64,000 bases of DNA from Vicugna vicugna (taxonomy: Eukaryota). The position numbers and the translations under genes were made by a program. The stretch spans positions 2,768,948 through 2,832,947 of the forward strand of contig MU057651.1 of NCBI GenBank assembly GCA_013265495.1, in the 5' to 3' direction. The notes beneath the pieces are model-generated. The model was given only the letters and a program-made list of their open reading frames with translations. It was not told where the DNA came from and ran no database searches. This document shows, piece after piece, positions 60,147-64,000 of this stretch (positions within the stretch are counted from its first letter, which is position 1; every line of letters begins with the position of its first letter).

Positions 60147-63133
60147 AAGATGCACAAATGAAATTAAAAGACACATAATCCCAGCTACCTCATGTAGCTG
60201 TTGCGAGGGCTGGGGGAAAAAAAAAACATTTGTAAGACTGGCCTGGGTGTTTAATAAGCACTCAGCCAATTCGTGTGGCCTCTTATGCATCCCCCTCTGG
60301 GAAGAGAGCCGCACTGCCGTGCTGCGGGCTTTCCTGCTATCCCCTCTTTACAAGGTACCGCGGGCCTGACAGCAGAAATAGTAAGTGGCACCATCCAGAC
60401 CGCGTTCACTTGTGGGTAGACCAGCCTTCCCGCCTCCGCGCGGCGGGCTGACCAGGGACGTGGAGGGAGGGCTCCGTTTCCGAGAGGCTGGAGCAGAAGT
60501 CGGAGCCGGCAGGCACTCAGCCCGGGAAGAGAACCTTCAGGAGGGTGGAGCGTGTTCTGGGAAAGACCGTCCTGCTGGGTCCTCCTCCCTGCAGTGAGGA
60601 CGAAGGACCCACAGGTCCCCGGGGGAGGGAAGGGCTGCCAGTGCGCCTGGCCGGCTGCACATCATCTCATGAAACTGCACATCATCTCGTGAAACCCACC
60701 GTACATCACGGCAGGCACAATTGTCCCCGCACCGATCTGGGGACACCACGAGTCCAGGGGGTAATGTCACTCAGCCAGGGTCACTCAGCTGACCCGCCCC
60801 AGTCTGTCCCGCGCGCTCTCGGTGCACACAGCGCGGCCCTCACACAGCCAGGGGCCCAGACCCCAGGGCCGGGGTGCGGCCATCTTTCCACCCAGGGCCT
60901 GGCGGCTGCTTCTCCTCCCTGCTCGGACGCACCTGCAGTGGAACGGACTTCTGAGGTGTGTTTTGGAAAGCTGGGCGGCTCCACCGAGACCCCGGGATTC
61001 CATGTCGCGCGGAGTGGCAGCTGTCCAGCGGCTCCGAGGACAAAGACGGGAGTGTTCCCGGGGGCCCAAGACTCCAGGCATTCAAACCGACTCCCTCCCG
61101 CTGCAGATCGCCCCGGGTACCACTTGCCACTGCTCGGAACAAATGCGCATTCTCCGTCTATATATACACTTGCGTGACCCCAAGGGCTGCAACGGAGGCA
61201 CAAAGAGCCAGGCTTTTCTCAGGACCTTTGGAAGGGAACACGCAGGGCCACAGGCGACGCTTTGTGTGTCAGAAAAGCCCCTGACTCAGAGGCGGCAGCC
61301 GGTTTTAGAACGTGATGGAAGGGCAGTGACCACACCGACGTGGCTGTGCGTGTTGGCGCAGACGTTGGAATCCCCTGGAAAACTTCTGATTAGCCCCGGG
61401 CCGGAACACAGCTAGTTTCCAGTGAGTTCTGCACTCATGACCATCCCGGGGCGGGGGTGGGGTGGGGCCAGTAGACCCTCCCCAGTGAGGAGCCCGGAAG
61501 TGAGATCTCAGCGGAGATGAGACCTGAGGGAGGTCCCCACCGGCAAGGGGACAGCAGGTGTTCTGATGAGCCGTGTCTGACTGAGAAACACTCCCTGTGT
61601 AAGATCGCATTTCCCTAAATGACTGTGTAAAGTGAGAGATGACTGCTTTCCATAGACCTGGGAGTCCGCACACAGGACCCAGCAGAGCTAAGGTTCCCCT
61701 TGATGGCTCTACCCTTCTCGTTACACTGCGTACATCACACACACAGGACCTTACGAGGGGATGGGACGCCCAGAAGAGCACATCCTAAATGTGAGTAACT
61801 TTGGTACCAGATGCCCTTCCTTTGCATCTCTCTACTGCTGCAGCCAGCCAAGGCTCTGAGCTTCCCAGCGGCCAGAGTAAAAAGGAAAAGCAGTATCAGA
61901 TTCAAAGCGACCGAGTTCCAATTTTAGTATATGTGCTAAAGGGGGTGGGGGGAGATACATTTGGGGGTTTAAGATTTGCAAAGGTTAACCATCTGGCCGC
62001 CCTGTGCTCTGACTCCCCGTGAGACAGGCCTGTGTCACCTCCCTCTCCACCCAGAGTAGGGTCTCAAATCAGCCACGCAAACCATGCCGTCGAGACTTCT
62101 GCATGGTTACCAGCTGTCTGGAGGTGTCAGCATTAAGGGTGAAGGAAGCGGATGCCAGGAACAAGCTGGGAAAAATGGTTCACAATGGCAAGAAGAAACA
62201 GTTTCTTTTTTAAATTTTTCTTTGCTGGGTAGACTGGCCTAAACATCTTCACACAGTGGCCACCTGTGTCTAGGCCGAAACTCCGGGACCTGGGAGGGAG
62301 GGGAATCCCCAGGTGTGGCCTCCGGGTTTCAGCTCCCGGAGCCCGCCCACAGGGTGCAGGGCCAGGAGACAACCGGCCGGACTGGTTTGGTTGGGTCGTA
62401 CGCACGGACGGCGGCTGGTGACACAACCCTGCTGTCACTGAACACCTTTTTGGCAACGGCTAAGCATTCTGTAATGATTCCCTTTCCGGAAGCACGTTGA
62501 CACCAGCACTGTCCCCAGTGCAAACCAGGGAGGGAGACCGGCGATGTCGGGGGAGACCACCTGTGAGTAAGCCCCGTGCGTTGGGGGGGGCACTGGTACC
62601 TGGCACCTCATTTCAGCCTCATCACAGCCCACAGAGGGGGTGTGTTAATGACAACATAACAGGAGGGGCCGGAGCCAGGACTCCAGCTCGGGTCCGTCTG
62701 GCCGCCTTACGATGCTTCCCGGGTCTAAATCACAGCTTCCCCAGATTCCCGGATTCCCAGAATCAAAGTGCAGGAAAGGGGAGGACGAGGTCACAAGGCA
62801 CTTCTGCGGGGACCTGCCCGTCCCAGGGGGACCCAACATCCATCCCCAGGAAGCTGCGCAAATGAAGCACGATGGGGCCGCACGGCGCAACGCCGCCGCT
62901 GCACCATGAACGAGGGCGCTCTGGGTAGAGGGAGCCGTGGGACGCCGCCGATACACGACACACGGTTTCCAGACAGCAATCCCTGGAGCCTGAAGCGAGA
63001 GGAACCATGTGCTTTGCGCTGTACGCGCAGGGGGTGACACCCAAACAGCCCAGCTGGAGTGCGTGGGGCATCAGGTGAAATAAAGTGCGCCGTGGCGAAG
63101 GGTATGCATGGGGTCCGTTACACCCTTCACCCT

Positions 63134-63272
63134 GACAGACATATAGACAGACAGACAGAAAGATAGACAGATAGACAGATGGCTAGATGGATGGGTAGAC
63201 AGAAAGACAGGCAGACCTAGACAAAAATATAGATAGACAGACAGACAGATGGATAGATGGACGAATAGACAG
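63134..63272. repeat. (GACA/GATA/GATG)n compound microsatellite
   Basis: Directly visible. Confidence 0.9.
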
Positions 63273-64000
63273 GCACGTTATTTCAACCGCGGGGCTGGGA
63301 AGCTCGGAGGCGTGAGGCGTGTGTCCTCCCAGCCCCAGGCCGCACAGAGCGCTCTCAGTCCCTGGCAGGTGAGCCCCAGCTTTTGCGTCTACACTGACGT
63401 CCCCTGAAAAGGCCAGGGACGGTGGCCCTGCGCCCCATGACAAGGGGTGGCACTCCTCACGGCCGCCCAGGAAATCCAGGCACGGTTCCTCTACAGCTCG
63501 GTACCTCCTCTGACGTTTCTTTTTATTTTCCCAGCTGCGGCAGTCACAGGTCCCCGTTTCAGCGTCCTGGTGGTCCTCCGAGGCCAGCAGGGTCGGCAAT
63601 TCTCAGGCCAGCTCCCAAGATCGGGCCACCAGGGGTCAAAGACTCACAGCTCTGGGAGCCCAGGGGAGACTTGACGTCTGGGCCCCAGAGAGCCCCGGAG
63701 CCGGGCGGCCCCCCAGCCCAACGGGGAAATGGCAGGACTAGGTGGCCGCAAGGTTGGGGACCACTGGGCAGTGGCTGGAGGGGGAGGCCGAGGCCAGAGC
63801 TCCCCTCTGCCCCACGCAGGCGGGGTGAGGCTTGCTGCTTTCCAGCCCTGAGACCACAGCTGATCTGGGTGCAGAAATCCAAAATGCAGGACCGTGGTGA
63901 CCCCCGGGGTGCCCCGAGGAGGAGAAGGAGTGGGGACCCCCGACAGCCCGCTGTGACCCTCTGTCCACGGCTCGGGAGCCCCCCCTTTCTATCAGGAGAC

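Noticed and set aside
37210..64000. COBL exon 1 or main promoter
   Set aside because: I found no MDAPRA-like start exon or promoter-scale CpG island, so exon 1 probably lies beyond 64000.
1..64000. A novel multi-gene biological system
   Set aside because: All coding signal is explained by COBL and L1 remnants; nothing supports an additional gene cluster, viral insert or horizontally acquired segment.

Overview
Mammalian genomic DNA, most likely camelid (Camelus/Lama/Vicugna), judged from about 11 copies of a vic-1-like tRNA-derived SINE and cetartiodactyl-type L1 3' ends. The whole window lies inside the COBL (cordon-bleu WH2 actin nucleator) gene on the minus strand. It holds coding exons 2-6 (204, 211, 229, 98 and 183 nt, all GT-AG and phase-compatible) plus two in-frame cassette exons of 45 nt and 72 nt that the ORF track does not resolve. 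Exon 1 and exon 7 onward appear to lie outside the window. The rest is intron containing SINEs, L1 fragments, MaLR LTRs, MER DNA-transposon relics, a MIR, microsatellites and several tandem repeats. I see no prokaryotic-type system (no CRISPR array or operon) and no convincing novel gene; most listed ORFs are chance ORFs in GC-rich DNA. The most notable observations are: a SINE split by a ~90-bp insertion copied from 1.5 kb away with junction microhomology; splicing-regulator motifs around the two cassette exons; a CpG island over exon 4 with near-total GC3 next to a two-tier AT-rich tandem repeat; an RFX/MYB/FOX motif cluster in intron 1; and signs of GC-biased substitution. Comparisons to human/mouse COBL and repeat consensuses are from memory, not from a search.
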